In this document: positions 63,478 through 64,000 of the stretch, in pieces
Position numbering within the stretch: position 1 is the first letter of the stretch
How the letters are laid out: every line of letters starts with the position of its first letter
Source of the DNA: Octopus vulgaris
Taxonomy: Eukaryota
DNA: 64,000 bases
Reading direction: 5' to 3'
NCBI GenBank assembly: GCA_951406725.2
Contig: OX597832.1
Location: forward strand, 53,878,001-53,942,000
The notes under the pieces: generated by a model
The model's input: the letters and a program-made list of their open reading frames with translations, nothing else
The model's database searches: none
Told to the model about the DNA's origin: nothing
Translations under genes and position numbers: made by a program

Positions 63478-63800
63478 GTTACAGAGATGTACTTGCATAG
63501 CAAGTGACTTGATCTGAGATCGTGTGCTGGAACGAAAACAGTTGCAGCGTTGAAGGTGTTTATAAGCCATTTAAGAAACACACAAAAACCGTTAGATTCA
63601 CTTCAACATTTAAATTTAATTTGTCAAAATATTTTCGTCGCTTTGAGACCGCGACCTGTTAGCACGATATTTTTGTCAGTGAACAGGTCGCGGTCTCAAA
63701 GCGACGAAAATATTTTGGCAAATAAAATTTAAATGTTGAAGTGAATGTAACGGTTTTTGTGTGTTTCTTAAATGGCTTACAAACACCTTCCACGCTGCAA
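63478..63800. mobile_element. Second copy of the 46.8-kb palindromic family, opposite orientation, inserted in (TA)n
   Basis: Arms 63542-63660 and 63682-63800; tail 63478-63541 homologous to 47205-47264. Confidence 0.65.
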
Positions 63801-64000
63801 TATATATATACACACATATATATATGCATGTATGTATGTATGTGTGTATATGTGTATGCATGTATGTGTGTGTGTGTGCGTGTCTGTGCTTGTGATTGTC
63901 CTCCACCACTGCTTGACAACGAATGTTGGTTTGTTTACATCCCTGTCACCTAGTGGTTTGACAAAGGAAACAGATAGAATAAGTACAATGCTTACAAAAA

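Overview
AT-rich, repeat-saturated animal genomic DNA. The SINE, RTE and MITE repertoire looks like an Octopus (cephalopod) genome; this is pattern recognition, not a database result. Two intron-rich genes converge tail-to-tail, and both start outside the window. (1) On +, a mitochondrial carrier of the SLC25A14/SLC25A30 (UCP5/BMCP1/KMCP1) group: 9 coding exons, 350..15892. Its last intron is a minor-spliceosome (U12, GT-AG) intron. (2) On -, an SLC16 monocarboxylate/aromatic amino acid transporter (MCT10/MCT8-like): 5 coding exons, 60046..20127. Introns are filled with tRNA-derived SINEs, RTE and CR1 LINE ends, internally deleted mariners, piggyBac-like and Tc-like MITEs, non-autonomous Helitrons and micro/minisatellites. 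The most unusual signal is a set of Penelope-like element (PLE) remnants from several unrelated sequence families, carrying minimal type I hammerhead ribozyme motifs, often as asymmetric palindromes. One has the order GIY-YIG ORF end -> tRNA-like Pol III promoter -> microsatellite -> hammerhead. Another places a core-intact hammerhead in sense orientation inside an intron. Most long ORFs in the supplied track are microsatellite or SINE artefacts. Repeat boundaries are approximate; exon boundaries were read base by base.
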